Shown piece by piece: positions 29,527-39,494 of a DNA stretch of 64,000 nucleotides; the first letter of the stretch is position 1; every line of letters starts with the position of its first letter. The stretch is from NCBI GenBank assembly GCA_964360585.1, contig CAYHXC010000007.1, positions 3,867 through 67,866 of the forward strand, read 5' to 3'. Source of the DNA: an uncultured Candidatus Saccharibacteria bacterium (GTDB taxonomy: Bacteria; Patescibacteriota; Minisyncoccia; UBA6257; 2-01-FULL-56-20). Position numbers and translations under genes: made by a program. Under the pieces are notes generated by a model. That model worked only from the letters and a program-made list of their open reading frames with translations, made no database searches and had not been told where the DNA came from.

Positions 29527-30069
29527 CTAACGATCTTTCTTTATTTTCGAAGCGTGTTTCTTCAGGCGATCTCCCACCGGCACTTCGTGCAGATTCCGCC
29601 CTTTATCAATAAAGAGCTTGCCATCGAGATGATCTACTTCATGCTGAAAGACATGCGCCAAAAGTCCCCAGGCTTTTATCTTTACAGCTTTTCCATTCTT
29701 ATCTATGCCTTTCAAGGTTACTTCCAAAGAACGTTTTACTTCGCCATAAGTTCCTGGAACACTTAAGCAGCCTTCTTCTAAAAAATCCTGTTCTTTAGAC
29801 AGTTTTTCAATTTGCGGATTAAAAATTGCATAAAATTTTAAAGTCCCATCGTCTCGCGGTACTTCAGCCACAAAGAGGCGATAGGGGAGGCCGATCTGAT
29901 TGGCGCTCAAACCAACGCCATGGGCCCGGCGCATAGTTTTTTTCATTGTCTCCAACAGTTCTTTTTTTTCACCCGCCGAAAAAGAAGAGGGGTGTGCCTC
30001 TTTTGTTTTGTGGCGAAGGATTCGTTCGTCTTTAGTGTCTTTGTTTGTGAGAATTCGATCGGGGATCAT
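29527..30069 (-). CDS. def: peptide deformylase
   Basis: EGCLSVPG and HEVDHLDG metal-binding motifs. Confidence 0.85.
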   Translation of the reverse strand: MIPDRILTNKDTKDERILRHKTKEAHPSSFSAGEKKELLETMKKTMRRAHGVGLSANQIGLPYRLFVAEVPRDDGTLKFYAIFNPQIEKLSKEQDFLEEGCLSVPGTYGEVKRSLEVTLKGIDKNGKAVKIKAWGLLAHVFQHEVDHLDGKLFIDKGRNLHEVPVGDRLKKHASKIKKDR

Positions 30070-30319
30070 GCGATTTTTTTTCAGAAAGGAGTTTCATAAA
30101 ATACGCCCCTTTATTTTTGACATTTCTTCTCTCGCGGACATCTTTGGCGAGCGTAAGAAGATCGCTCGCGTGCCGTTCTTTTGCGAGCTTGATATAAAGA
30201 GACTTGTGGCGATCGTCATCGAGAATTTCCGCAATTTCAAGGCCGATTAATTGGTAGGCTCGATACACTTTTGATTTTTTACCACGCTCCCGAAGCGTTT
30301 CTAAAAAATCTTTGTCCAT
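30032..30319 (-). CDS. hypothetical small charged protein
   Basis: ORF only; overlaps the 5' end of def. Confidence 0.3.
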   Translation of the reverse strand: MDKDFLETLRERGKKSKVYRAYQLIGLEIAEILDDDRHKSLYIKLAKERHASDLLTLAKDVRERRNVKNKGAYFMKLLSEKKSHDPRSNSHKQRH

Positions 30320-30392
30320 CTCGGCTTCAGTGTACCCGAAATGGGCGGGTTAGTAAAATTTGTGAGGATGGCCAATTTCGAGTAGAATAACC

Positions 30393-30667
30393 AGAACCCA
30401 TCTCAAAAGTGCCACGGCGACGCGTTTCCAGATGTTTTTCCATTCCGCTAGGCACGGACTCCGAAGATGTACCCATAGGTACTTCAAGGAGGTCGGAACA
30501 ACGCGGAATGGAAAAACAGCGGAAACCCGAAGGGATATGAGCCAATTTTCACAATCTTATTTGTCGCTGCGGACTCGACGTACCAAAGGGTACGCCTTCG
30601 TCCTTACTCCTTAATCTTGTGAAAGTTGGCTCATATCGCGGCTCGCGGCACTTTTGAGATGGGTTCT
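30393..30667. mobile_element. second MITE family member (about 275 bp) with the same terminal repeats (AGAACCCATCTCAAAAGTGCC.../...GGCACTTTTGAGATGGGTTCT) but a different internal sequence rich in nested palindromes
   Basis: 22-nt perfect terminal inverted repeats shared with the 166-bp element; internal 15-bp perfect inverted repeat GTTTTTCCATTCCGC / GCGGAATGGAAAAAC. Confidence 0.65.
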
Positions 30668-30673
30668 ACTGTC

Positions 30674-31921
30674 ATGCAACGGAAACTCGTCAAATTTTTG
30701 GTTCTCACTTTGATTGTGGTGGGTATCGGCGGCACGGGCTATCTTTTTGGGCTTACAGTTGGCCAGGAGACACCGAAAACCGTTCTCGTTCAAGGCGTGA
30801 CTGGTCTCGAAGCTGGCAAGACTACTGCTCAAGTTGATTTCGGGGTCTTTTGGCAGGCCTGGGATGTCATTAATCGCGAGTACCTGAAGCACGACACCAT
30901 TAACAACCAAACTAAGGTCTATGGCGCAGTTCGCGGCCTGGTTCAGTCCTTGGGCGATCCCTATACGCAGTACTTTAATCCGGTCGACAATAATCGATTT
31001 CAGCAGGATGTCTCGGGAAGTTTCGGTGGTATTGGCGCCGAGCTCGGCCTTCGCGAGGATCGCTTAGTGGTTATAACTCCGCTTAAGGGTTCGCCGGCAA
31101 GCAAAGTAGGGCTCGAAGCGGGCGATTTTATCGTTAGTATCAATAGTACTTCAACCGAGAATCTTCAGGTTGATGAGGCTGTGAATTTAATTCGCGGTCC
31201 GGAAAATACAACCGTGACGCTCTCCATCTATCGTGAGAGTTGGGGGAAGATTCGAGAGATTTCGATTAAGCGAGAAAAAATCAGCGTGCCAACGCTTGAT
31301 TCGGAAATACTGTCTGACCATATCCTCTATATCCAACTCTATAGTTTTAACGCCCAGGCCAGCCAGCTTATGGCTAAGGCACTTCAGGATTCGTTCAGTA
31401 AGGAGCCGATTGGCGGCATTATTCTTGACCTTCGCAATAATCCGGGCGGATATCTTGAAGTCGCGGTTGATATGGCCGGCTGGTTCTTGCCCAAAGGCAC
31501 GCTCGTTGTTACCGAGCAAGGGATCACGGAAAAGGAAGAGTTTCTGGCCCGCGGCAATGGCAGTCTCCTCAAGGTACCGCTCGTCGTCATTGTAAATCAG
31601 GGATCGGCTTCGGCGGCGGAAATCTTGGCTGGCGCTTTGCGCGATCATAAGCGAGCTGAGCTGGTGGGAGAACAGAGTTTTGGCAAAGGAACTATTCAGG
31701 AGCTCAAATCTCTGAAGGACGGCTCGGCAATTAAGATGACGATTGCCCACTGGGTTTTGCCAAAGGGTCAGATTCTCGAAGGAAACGGTCTCGTGCCCGA
31801 CTATGTGGTCAAAATGCCGACCAGTACGACCGCGACTGCTTCGAGTACGAAGGCCGATCCGCAACTCCTCAAGGCCAGAGAGATTTTAAAAGCAAAGATT
31901 ACGACACTCTTTAAGGCGTAG
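30674..31921 (+). CDS. ctpA: carboxyl-terminal processing protease (S41 family, PDZ domain)
   Basis: LDLRNNPGGYL and downstream S41 motifs; the ORF-track start lies inside the MITE, so the ATG at 30674 was chosen. Confidence 0.8.
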   Translation: MQRKLVKFLVLTLIVVGIGGTGYLFGLTVGQETPKTVLVQGVTGLEAGKTTAQVDFGVFWQAWDVINREYLKHDTINNQTKVYGAVRGLVQSLGDPYTQYFNPVDNNRFQQDVSGSFGGIGAELGLREDRLVVITPLKGSPASKVGLEAGDFIVSINSTSTENLQVDEAVNLIRGPENTTVTLSIYRESWGKIREISIKREKISVPTLDSEILSDHILYIQLYSFNAQASQLMAKALQDSFSKEPIGGIILDLRNNPGGYLEVAVDMAGWFLPKGTLVVTEQGITEKEEFLARGNGSLLKVPLVVIVNQGSASAAEILAGALRDHKRAELVGEQSFGKGTIQELKSLKDGSAIKMTIAHWVLPKGQILEGNGLVPDYVVKMPTSTTATASSTKADPQLLKAREILKAKITTLFKA

Positions 31922-31951
31922 TCGTTTCGGTCATCATCGTATTTACTTCAC

Positions 31952-32401
31952 ATGAAAGTTATTTTTTTAAAGAATGTCCGCGGCGTGGGGCATCGATCGG
32001 AGATGAAAGAAGTTTCTCCGGGATATGCCCGCAACTTTCTCTTTCCCAATAAACTGGCGCTCGAAGCGACGCCGGAAAATATAAAAAAACGGGAGCAGGA
32101 GTTGAAATCAACGGAAGCGGGCGAAAAAGAGCTTCTTCTCCGTCTAGATAAGATTGCCCAGATGGTGAAGGACAACCACGTTGTGATTCCGGTTAAAGCG
32201 GATGCGAAAGGGCGTATTTTTGGCTCAGTCTCAAAAGAAACTATTCTTTCAGCGCTTCGAGACGCCAAAATAGTGACCGACGAACGGGTTCACGTGCAAC
32301 TGTCTCACCCTCTAAAAGAAGTAGGGGAGTATGTGATCGATCTTGATCTTAAAAAAGGAGTGACCGCCAAGCTCCGCGTTATACTACAGAGACAACCTTA
32401 A
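31952..32401 (+). CDS. rplI: 50S ribosomal protein L9
   Basis: [13 protein letters not shown]...[10 protein letters not shown]-terminus typical of L9. Confidence 0.85.
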   Translation: MKVIFLKNVRGVGHRSEMKEVSPGYARNFLFPNKLALEATPENIKKREQELKSTEAGEKELLLRLDKIAQMVKDNHVVIPVKADAKGRIFGSVSKETILSALRDAKIVTDERVHVQLSHPLKEVGEYVIDLDLKKGVTAKLRVILQRQP

Positions 32402-32651
32402 CCTGCCGCTTTGTGCCGTCGAAGTTTATTTTGTGTTTTGTTGAGAATGCCACCTTACCGGTTTTCATGGCATAGAGGGTATCGTCACCGCCCCGTTTTA
32501 CATTTGTACCTTCGGCGTACTTTGAACCGCGCTGACGGATGATAATCTCGCCAACTTTAATAACTTGACCGTCTTGAATTTTGACGCCTAAGCGCTTTGA
32601 CTCTGAATCTCGTCCTAATTTGGTTGACCCGAGGGCCTTGGTATGTGCCAT
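32379..32651 (-). CDS. rpmA: 50S ribosomal protein L27
   Basis: [25 protein letters not shown]-terminus typical of L27. Confidence 0.85.
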   Translation of the reverse strand: MAHTKALGSTKLGRDSESKRLGVKIQDGQVIKVGEIIIRQRGSKYAEGTNVKRGGDDTLYAMKTGKVAFSTKHKINFDGTKRQVKVVSVV

Positions 32652-32744
32652 CCCCCCACCTTAAATTATGTCTAATCGACTATTTGATTTAATAAGATTT
32701 TGCATATTTCTAGTCTGGATTTACTGTGCGATTAAGGTGGGGGG
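32652..32744 (-). promoter_or_regulatory. rpmA 5' leader: 12-bp perfect inverted repeat (CCCCCCACCTTA / TAAGGTGGGGGG) whose 3' arm contains the Shine-Dalgarno sequence directly before the rpmA start codon
   Basis: read directly: arms at 32652-32663 and 32733-32744 with a 69-nt AT-rich loop. Confidence 0.5.
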
Positions 32745-32904
32745 ATGAGCATGCCGCTTGCGCTTTAACGCCTAGCGACGACCCACCTTTCACCGCTTTT
32801 GTAGAAACTATTCTATGCTATAATCGCCCTTATGTCAAAGATGGAAACCTGGTTCGGCGAACATAAAAGAGAGCTCATTTTAGGCCTTATTATCTTCCTC
32901 GTAG

Positions 32905-33645
32905 CTACCACGAGCTTTGCCTTCGGCTACCTTTTAGCCAAGCGCGACGGACGTGCCCCAATTGTTGTCGAGCAGAAGATGGTGGGTCCTTAGGGGCTTT
33001 CAGCATATTCTGATGCCACGCGGCAACGCTGATAGCCAAAGCCATGCCACTTTGCCACAAAACATACAGGTATAGCAATTGTTCGTCGCTGGTAGTTCCA
33101 AAATGAAAGGTGAATCCAAGTCCTCCTCCAATAACTACGAGGGGGATGAGATAACGAAGAGATAAGCGGAAAAGACTAATTTTAAGTCCGATAAAGACTA
33201 TCGCGGCACCCACCATTCCGGCCAGAAAAAATACAATATTTGCGGAAAGAGTATTGTCAATTTCGGAAGACATGATGACTGTTTCTACTACCGCGTAGTA
33301 GGCGAATGTAGAGAGTGCGACCCATACAAAAGATTTCAGTATCGGATATCGTTCATTATCAACCATTCTATTTGCGAGAAAGGAAACTAAGATCAGTATG
33401 CCAAATATGAGTCCTGGAAGAAAAAAAATACTATCCTTGGCAAGTGGAATAGATTTAATCCCTCCGAAATATTTTGTTAGGAAAAAGGACAAAAAGCCGG
33501 AAAGAATACCCGTGCAGAGAGCTGACAATAAAGGACATGATTTAAGTATACCAAATCTCAATAGCCGACGCGTTTCAGCCAGTAGTCGTTTTCCCACTCC
33601 CAGAGGCGTTTGGCGCCGAGGAACGCTTGAAAATCGTCTTCCCAC
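32905..33645 (-). CDS. hypothetical polytopic membrane protein (start uncertain)
   Basis: many hydrophobic helices; the 5' end overlaps the next gene, so the true start is probably internal. Confidence 0.4.
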   Translation of the reverse strand: MGRRFSSVPRRQTPLGVGKRLLAETRRLLRFGILKSCPLLSALCTGILSGFLSFFLTKYFGGIKSIPLAKDSIFFLPGLIFGILILVSFLANRMVDNERYPILKSFVWVALSTFAYYAVVETVIMSSEIDNTLSANIVFFLAGMVGAAIVFIGLKISLFRLSLRYLIPLVVIGGGLGFTFHFGTTSDEQLLYLYVLWQSGMALAISVAAWHQNMLKAPKDPPSSARQQLGHVRRAWLKGSRRQSSW

Positions 33646-34361
33646 AACGGAAACTCCTTGAGTTCAATCTGGCCGCGAACTTCGCTCCAATCATGCTCTC
33701 CCGACGGACAAGCCTTGGAGCCATTATTTTTGACCTTTTCCCGGCCGCCCTTGGTTCGTCGCGTGGCGCGGCAACGATTGCAGAACTGGATCTGGTCAAT
33801 GCGCAAGATCCACCGATTCTGGAGATTAAACTCGTGCTTTAAGGCGTCCATGTAAGCCGCCGTCTGGAGATTATAGTCACGATAGATGCCTTGCGACGTT
33901 TTTATATCCATCACGCCAAACTGGCCATCAATCAACGCCATGGCGTCAATTGTACCAGCGTAGCGGTGGTCATAGTGCACAATGCGTCGTTCGATATACT
34001 CCGGCGAGGTTTGGATATTTTTCTCAACCAGGAATGCTTTAAAGGCGTCGATCGATGGTTTAATCGAGACCGGCACTTCTGGATTTTGACCGAGCAAGAT
34101 GGCTTGAGAAACTTCGTGGACAAGCGTGCCTTCTTCCGCCGATTTTTCCGTCACATCCTGGGCGGCTTTGTAACTGGCGGCTTCGCCATAGTAGCGATAG
34201 AGCGCCGGTTTGGCTTTAATCGAAAGAATTTTGGTAACCCGCGGATACCAGGCGCCGTCGATGGTGTAGCCGCAGACTTCTTTGAAGTTCTCGATATTGT
34301 TGTACGTATCGAACATATTATTTGAAGAGGAGGGGAGTAAGATTGGCAACTGATCCGGCAC
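33558..34361 (-). CDS. PD-(D/E)XK-family nuclease-like protein with C-terminal Cys-rich insert
   Basis: GTIDAMALIDG...MDIKTS (D..D/E-x-K) core; CNRC...CPSGEH zinc-ribbon-like cluster. Confidence 0.45.
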   Translation of the reverse strand: MPDQLPILLPSSSNNMFDTYNNIENFKEVCGYTIDGAWYPRVTKILSIKAKPALYRYYGEAASYKAAQDVTEKSAEEGTLVHEVSQAILLGQNPEVPVSIKPSIDAFKAFLVEKNIQTSPEYIERRIVHYDHRYAGTIDAMALIDGQFGVMDIKTSQGIYRDYNLQTAAYMDALKHEFNLQNRWILRIDQIQFCNRCRATRRTKGGREKVKNNGSKACPSGEHDWSEVRGQIELKEFPLWEDDFQAFLGAKRLWEWENDYWLKRVGY

Positions 34362-35790
34362 CCATCATGATTATTACTGGGTTTGGGGGGTAGCCCCGAC
34401 GCAGAGGTCGGGGTCCCGACTTCCTTGAGTATTTTTTTGATCTAACGTCGGGAGGTCTAGGGGGTAAGGTTTGAGCGATCAACTCTTTCAGTTTTTTAGG
34501 GTTTGCAAGATACAAAACAGTTTTTTTAGGATATTTTTTCTTGATATCGCGAGCTAGTTTTTCTGAGGTAAATACTGCTTCTTTATTATCACGACCGGCT
34601 ACTTCGTAGACGGGGAGAAGAATTAGCTGATCGGTATCATGGAAAGCCGTCGTGAACTCTTTGTAGAGGGCCTTAAGGCGTTTTGCCTGGTGGGGTTCGA
34701 AAACGGTAACTAACTCCGCTCCCGGGAATTTCTCTCGGAATGCCTGAAGTGTTGCTTGAATTTCTGTCGGGTGATGGGCATAGTCGTCATATACCTCTAT
34801 CCTCGTTTTTAGTCTTCGGTTTTTAGTTTTTAGTTCCCCTTTAAACTCCATCCGCCGCCAGGCTCCGCTATAACTCCCCAGTTTTGCGAGGACGTTTTTT
34901 TCTGGAATATGGAGAATGTCGCGGGTTACCGTGAGCGCGGCCAAGGCGTTCGAGAGATTGTGTTTTCCGGGAAGTTTAAGATGTTTTTTTACTCTAGACG
35001 CATCCTTTGTACTTCGAACGCTGTACCAGTACATTTTGAGCGAACTTTTTTTCGCGATTTTTGAAATAAGAGGGGAGAGTGAAAAAAGATTTTTATCGTC
35101 GCGATTAAGGACTAAGGAACCGCCTGGCTTCACGCGAGTCATGAACTTGAGGAAGGTACGTTTCAAGTCGTTTAGGTCCTTATAAAAGTCCAAGTGCTCT
35201 CGATCGATATTCGTAATCACCGCGATGTCCGGATGATAATGAAGAAAGGCACCGCGCCACTCATCCGCTTCTAAGACGAGCCAGCCAAAGGTGTGGCTGT
35301 TCTGATTTTCACCGAGCCAAAAATTTTTCCCGTGTAACTCCTTGAGTTTTGTGCCGACAATAATAGTTGGTTGGATAGGCGAGTCTTTCAAAATCAGTCC
35401 GATCATGGCCGTGGTCGTACTTTTCCCATGACTGCCCGAAACACTCACAGTTTTGTACACCTCGGTCAAACAACCGACGGTTTGCGGATAGGACATCGGT
35501 CGTATCTGCATTTTCCGAACCTCTTCGAGCTCAAGGTACCCCGACGATCCTGGAGTAATCGCGTTCGAGTAGATGGCCATGCTTAGTCCTTTCGGCACAT
35601 TCGTTTTGCGGTGGCCAACTTTTATCGAAGCGCCTTCGTGGACTAATTCCTCGGTCAGATCGCTTTTTTGGAGATCCGAACCGCTTACAGCCCATCCTTG
35701 AGCCAAAAACCAGCGGGCGAGAGCGCTGATCCCAATACCGCCAATACCAATGAAATGAATCTTATCCGGTGCGCTTTTTTGTGACGGCAT
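34318..35790 (-). CDS. murC: UDP-N-acetylmuramate--L-alanine ligase, with an about 25-aa Pro/Arg-rich insertion near the C-terminus
   Basis: HFIGIGGIGISALA, GSHGKSTTTAM and C-terminal MMGAGSV motifs. Confidence 0.85.
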   Translation of the reverse strand: MPSQKSAPDKIHFIGIGGIGISALARWFLAQGWAVSGSDLQKSDLTEELVHEGASIKVGHRKTNVPKGLSMAIYSNAITPGSSGYLELEEVRKMQIRPMSYPQTVGCLTEVYKTVSVSGSHGKSTTTAMIGLILKDSPIQPTIIVGTKLKELHGKNFWLGENQNSHTFGWLVLEADEWRGAFLHYHPDIAVITNIDREHLDFYKDLNDLKRTFLKFMTRVKPGGSLVLNRDDKNLFSLSPLISKIAKKSSLKMYWYSVRSTKDASRVKKHLKLPGKHNLSNALAALTVTRDILHIPEKNVLAKLGSYSGAWRRMEFKGELKTKNRRLKTRIEVYDDYAHHPTEIQATLQAFREKFPGAELVTVFEPHQAKRLKALYKEFTTAFHDTDQLILLPVYEVAGRDNKEAVFTSEKLARDIKKKYPKKTVLYLANPKKLKELIAQTLPPRPPDVRSKKYSRKSGPRPLRRGYPPNPVIIMMGAGSVANLTPLLFK

Positions 35791-36135
35791 CGTTCAATTA
35801 TACGGCATCTCTTTTCTTCTTACGAATGAAATTTTAATGCACGCTGACGACGACCCCAAAACCTCTTTTTACCCGCAGGGGAGTGGGGTTTTAAGGGTTT
35901 TCACTCGATAGACTAATGTCGCACAATATACCTTTTACGACATGTAGATAGTTTAAGCCGGGACCTTCATTTGAATCTTTCGAACCGATTATAATGGGCT
36001 TAAAGAGTATAGGGTAGTCGCTCCTCGAAAGATTTCGAGTCGACATTAATTCTGTGTGCCGTATATTAAAATTCTTCCAATAAAAAATCCACACAGTATT
36101 GAGGGCAGACATAAGTACTACCACTCCCCTCCTCG

Positions 36136-36540
36136 TCATGAAGATGAAGAAGGGATAAAACTGATCAGCCACTTCAAGGCGTCAATCATGCCGGTTAAAA
36201 CATTTACGGCAATATTCATTACAAAAATTAAAATATTTCCAACGACTTTCAAGCAACCCCAGATGTCGAGACCGGTTTTTTCTTTAATCCAGTCGTTAGC
36301 CTTACTCCATGAGGCTTTGGCTTCCTCAACTTTTGTCGAAAGAACTGTTTCTGTGGACGAGCCTTTTTCCACGTCTATCTTCGTCGCTTTATCTAAAAAC
36401 TCCGAAAACGGCTCCTGAAGAATATCAAAACCAGTCTTGGGATCAACGGTAATATCACTAATTTCCGTTGCCTCGGTTTTTTGAAAAAAACCGAGTACAA
36501 GAACAATCGCGAGAAATAAGATCAGCCGGTCTTTTCGCAT
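36136..36540 (-). CDS. hypothetical secreted/membrane protein
   Basis: signal peptide and C-terminal hydrophobic segment. Confidence 0.4.
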   Translation of the reverse strand: MRKDRLILFLAIVLVLGFFQKTEATEISDITVDPKTGFDILQEPFSEFLDKATKIDVEKGSSTETVLSTKVEEAKASWSKANDWIKEKTGLDIWGCLKVVGNILIFVMNIAVNVLTGMIDALKWLISFIPSSSS

Positions 36541-36599
36541 AGTATTTTAATTATAACACAAATTGCGGTTACGAGTTTTTAGTTATCAGTTGTTAGTCT

Positions 36600-37925
36600 T
36601 CAGAGATACTTCGAAGGATTCAGATCACCGCCTTGGGGCATGGGGCCGCAGGAACGGCTGCCGGCAATCTTGAATGTCGCTTGGGCAAAGACCGTAAAGT
36701 GAAGGTGCGGTCCGGTGGCGTAGCCGGTTGAGCCGGAGTAACCAATCACCTGACCCTGTTTCACGGTATCGCCTACTGCAACCACCATGCGCGATAAGTG
36801 ACCATAGAGTGTCGTTAGATTGTCACCGTGATTAATGACGATTACTTTTCCGTAAGCGCCCCGAGGACAGTAGCGATCCTGATCTGTAGCCATTGCAATC
36901 CTTCCTGACGCGGCGGCCAAAACAGGCGTTCCCAGCGAGGCACGGAAGTCTAGGCCGTTATGCCATTTCCCGCGGTAGCCAGATTTAGCGAAGGTGGTGG
37001 CACCGTATCCTTGGGTCGTGGCCGCGTTCGCGATCGGCAAAATCAAAAGTTCGCCGACAGGAAGCGCATTATAGTCGATTTCACCACGCAGTTTCGCGTC
37101 CAGGGCTTCAATTTCCGCGGCGATTGCTTCTTGTTGCACATATACCGCTCGCAAATGTTCTTGGTAGACTGCTTCTTGGCTGTTAGTTTCTTTAAGAAGT
37201 TGCTGCCGCTGTGTTTCCTGGTTTGCGAGAACAACTTTTCGATTCTTCAAATTAAAAGCTTGTAACTCGACTGCGTTCTGCTTCTCGTTCAGGTTTTTAA
37301 GTTTTCCAGTGTATTCGTTGGTTAGGTTTTTGAGGCTCAGGATATCGGTCGTGAGACGCGCGTTCAGATCGTCGAGGTTTTTTATCTCCAGAACACTGTC
37401 AGCGAGCGACTGATTCTTAAGAAGAATAGTCAAAATATTCGTATTATCAGATCGCTGAATCATACGGAGGAGTTCCTGCATAGCCTGGCGTTTATCAACA
37501 ACACCGGCTTGAATATCCTGGAGATCATACGTTATCGATTTAATCTCAAGATTAAGCCGTTCGAGACTTATCTGGTCTTGCTGGATTTGTTTTGTCAGCA
37601 CCGACTGTTGGCCACGCAACACACCTAACTCCTTTTGTAAGGAAGTTTTTTGGCCCTGGGTTTTTGATAATGCTTCTTCGTTTTTCTGAATTGCGGCTTT
37701 AATGCCTTCCAGTTCAAAGTTTTTCTTTCGAATTTCAAACTCCAACTGTTGCTTAGCCAGTTCTTCAACGCTTAACTCCGGCGTGCTCGAGGCAACATCC
37801 TCTGTCAAAGTGCTTGTGCTTTGCACCGAAGAAGAGCTGGTGGCGCTCCAGGTGAAAAGAGGCAAGGCGACGAGTATAAGGAACGCGAAAGCCAGGATCG
37901 CTTTAAAGGAGTTAGTTCGGTTCAT
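36600..37925 (-). CDS. M23-family peptidoglycan endopeptidase with N-terminal coiled-coil (EnvC-like)
   Basis: long coiled-coil region; C-terminal HNGLDF...GSTGYATGPHLHF M23 motifs. Confidence 0.75.
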   Translation of the reverse strand: MNRTNSFKAILAFAFLILVALPLFTWSATSSSSVQSTSTLTEDVASSTPELSVEELAKQQLEFEIRKKNFELEGIKAAIQKNEEALSKTQGQKTSLQKELGVLRGQQSVLTKQIQQDQISLERLNLEIKSITYDLQDIQAGVVDKRQAMQELLRMIQRSDNTNILTILLKNQSLADSVLEIKNLDDLNARLTTDILSLKNLTNEYTGKLKNLNEKQNAVELQAFNLKNRKVVLANQETQRQQLLKETNSQEAVYQEHLRAVYVQQEAIAAEIEALDAKLRGEIDYNALPVGELLILPIANAATTQGYGATTFAKSGYRGKWHNGLDFRASLGTPVLAAASGRIAMATDQDRYCPRGAYGKVIVINHGDNLTTLYGHLSRMVVAVGDTVKQGQVIGYSGSTGYATGPHLHFTVFAQATFKIAGSRSCGPMPQGGDLNPSKYL

Positions 37926-39390
37926 TGAGTTTGTTTATAGCGATCGTGAGGCGTTTTTCCGTCGCGTCTTTTCCTAAAACCTCAAGAATATCCAAGGGAT
38001 CCGGCGAAGCGGCTTTGCCGGACAAGGCCACTCGAAATGGCCAGAGCACACCTCCCCTCCCCCACTGATCGATAAGCGGCGCAATTTTTGAGGCGATGAC
38101 CGTACGATCGAGCGACTCCGGCAGTTCACTCATAACGGTTTTCAACTCGCGAAGAATAGTGAGCGTATCGTCTTTGTTTTGATCTTTCGGAATAAGGAGT
38201 GCGCCTGCGTAGTTCTCGGGTTTGAAAAAAAATTCGGTTGATTCAAAAAAATCGTGAAGTGTTTTCATGCGGGGTTGTTCAAGAAGCACGAGCTGGCTGA
38301 ATGTTTCATCGGGAATATGGAGAAGACCGCCGCGGTGCTCGGCTAGATATATACGAAGACGCCGTTCCAAATCCTCGGGCGTGAGGCGACGAATGTGCTG
38401 GGTGTTGAGCCACAGTAGTTTTTCTTCGTTAAAAATCGCCCCGCCCTTTTGCACACGCTTCAGATCAAATCGTTCGATAATTTCCTGCGGTGTAAGAACT
38501 TCCGCGTCGTCCTTTGGATGCCAGCCAAGAAAAGCCACGAAGTTCACAAGAGCCTCGGGCAGATATCCCTTATCTCGATACTCAAGCAGAGACGAGGTCA
38601 GATATCTTTTAGAAAGTTTTTCGCGATTCTGACCCAGAACCAGTGGCACATGGGCGTAGAGTGGTTCGTCAAAACCAAGGGCTCGAAGAATGAGAATATG
38701 TTTTGGTGTGTTTGAGATGTGATCCTCGCCGCGAATGACATGTGTTATTTTCATAAGATGGTCGTCAACCACTACGGCAAAATGAAAAAGGACATCATTC
38801 GTATTCCTCGCAATAGGAAAATCGCCTAAGAGCGATGCGTCAAAGGAAATCGTACCGCGAATGATGTCTTTAAATTCAATAATGGCCTCTGGTGCTTTAA
38901 GACGGACAACCTGCGGCTCTCTGTCCTTCGGCGGATGTTCCAGATTGCGGCAGTGGCCGCTGTACTTCGGCACGGTGCCGCTCGCAATCATGCCTTCTCG
39001 TTCGGCGGCGAGTTCTTCTTTCGTACAGTAGCAGTAGTACACCTTCTTATCCTCAAGCAGTTTTTCCAGATATTCTTTATAGATTTCTGTGCGTTCACTC
39101 TGGCGATACGGCCCGTAGTTTCCAACCTCTTTATTCTCCAAAGTGTCCGGGCTAACCGGGCCCTCGTCCCAAAGCATACCCAGCCAGCGCAGGCCTTCAA
39201 ATATATCCTGCTCAAATTTTCTGTCAGATCGTTCTTTATCGGTATCCTCTATGCGGACCACAAAAATCCCGCCTTCGCCTCGGGCGAAAAGCCAGTTAAA
39301 AACAGCCGCTCGAGCTGTACCCCAGTGGAAAAAACCAGTAGGACTCGGCGCCATCCGCACACGGGGGGAGTTTGTATGTTTCTCACTCAC
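37912..39390 (-). CDS. gltX: glutamyl-tRNA synthetase
   Basis: VRMAPSPTGFFHWG (HIGH region) and class I overall pattern. Confidence 0.85.
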   Translation of the reverse strand: MSEKHTNSPRVRMAPSPTGFFHWGTARAAVFNWLFARGEGGIFVVRIEDTDKERSDRKFEQDIFEGLRWLGMLWDEGPVSPDTLENKEVGNYGPYRQSERTEIYKEYLEKLLEDKKVYYCYCTKEELAAEREGMIASGTVPKYSGHCRNLEHPPKDREPQVVRLKAPEAIIEFKDIIRGTISFDASLLGDFPIARNTNDVLFHFAVVVDDHLMKITHVIRGEDHISNTPKHILILRALGFDEPLYAHVPLVLGQNREKLSKRYLTSSLLEYRDKGYLPEALVNFVAFLGWHPKDDAEVLTPQEIIERFDLKRVQKGGAIFNEEKLLWLNTQHIRRLTPEDLERRLRIYLAEHRGGLLHIPDETFSQLVLLEQPRMKTLHDFFESTEFFFKPENYAGALLIPKDQNKDDTLTILRELKTVMSELPESLDRTVIASKIAPLIDQWGRGGVLWPFRVALSGKAASPDPLDILEVLGKDATEKRLTIAINKLNEPN

Positions 39391-39438
39391 TCCCCTACTT
39401 TAGCATGAAAATAAGGCCTAAAAAAGGCATTCCGGCCC

Positions 39439-39494
39439 AGAACTCGTCTCGAAAATGTATCCTGTCGCGATAGCTATTTTTGAGATGAGTTCTC
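39439..39494. repeat. mini element: 56-bp palindrome made of the MITE-type termini only (AGAACTCGTCTCGAAAAT...TATTTTTGAGATGAGTTCT); overlaps the murG stop codon
   Basis: inverted repeat related to the MITE TIRs; the murG stop (TGA, minus strand, 39493-39495) sits at the element end. Confidence 0.5.

Noticed and set aside
32832-32993. 53-aa plus-strand ORF with one transmembrane segment (MSKMETWFGEHKRELILGLIIFLVATTSFAFGYLLAKRDGRAPIVVEQKMVGP), preceded by a TATAAT-like box
   Set aside because: Plausible as a small membrane protein, but it overlaps the 3' part of the 246-aa minus-strand ORF and has no clear Shine-Dalgarno sequence. I cannot decide between the two from sequence alone.
35891-36172. 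93-aa minus-strand ORF in the murC upstream gap
   Set aside because: Odd composition and no motif. It spans a hairpin (CTCGAAA-GAT-TTTCGAG). It is more likely intergenic or regulatory than coding.
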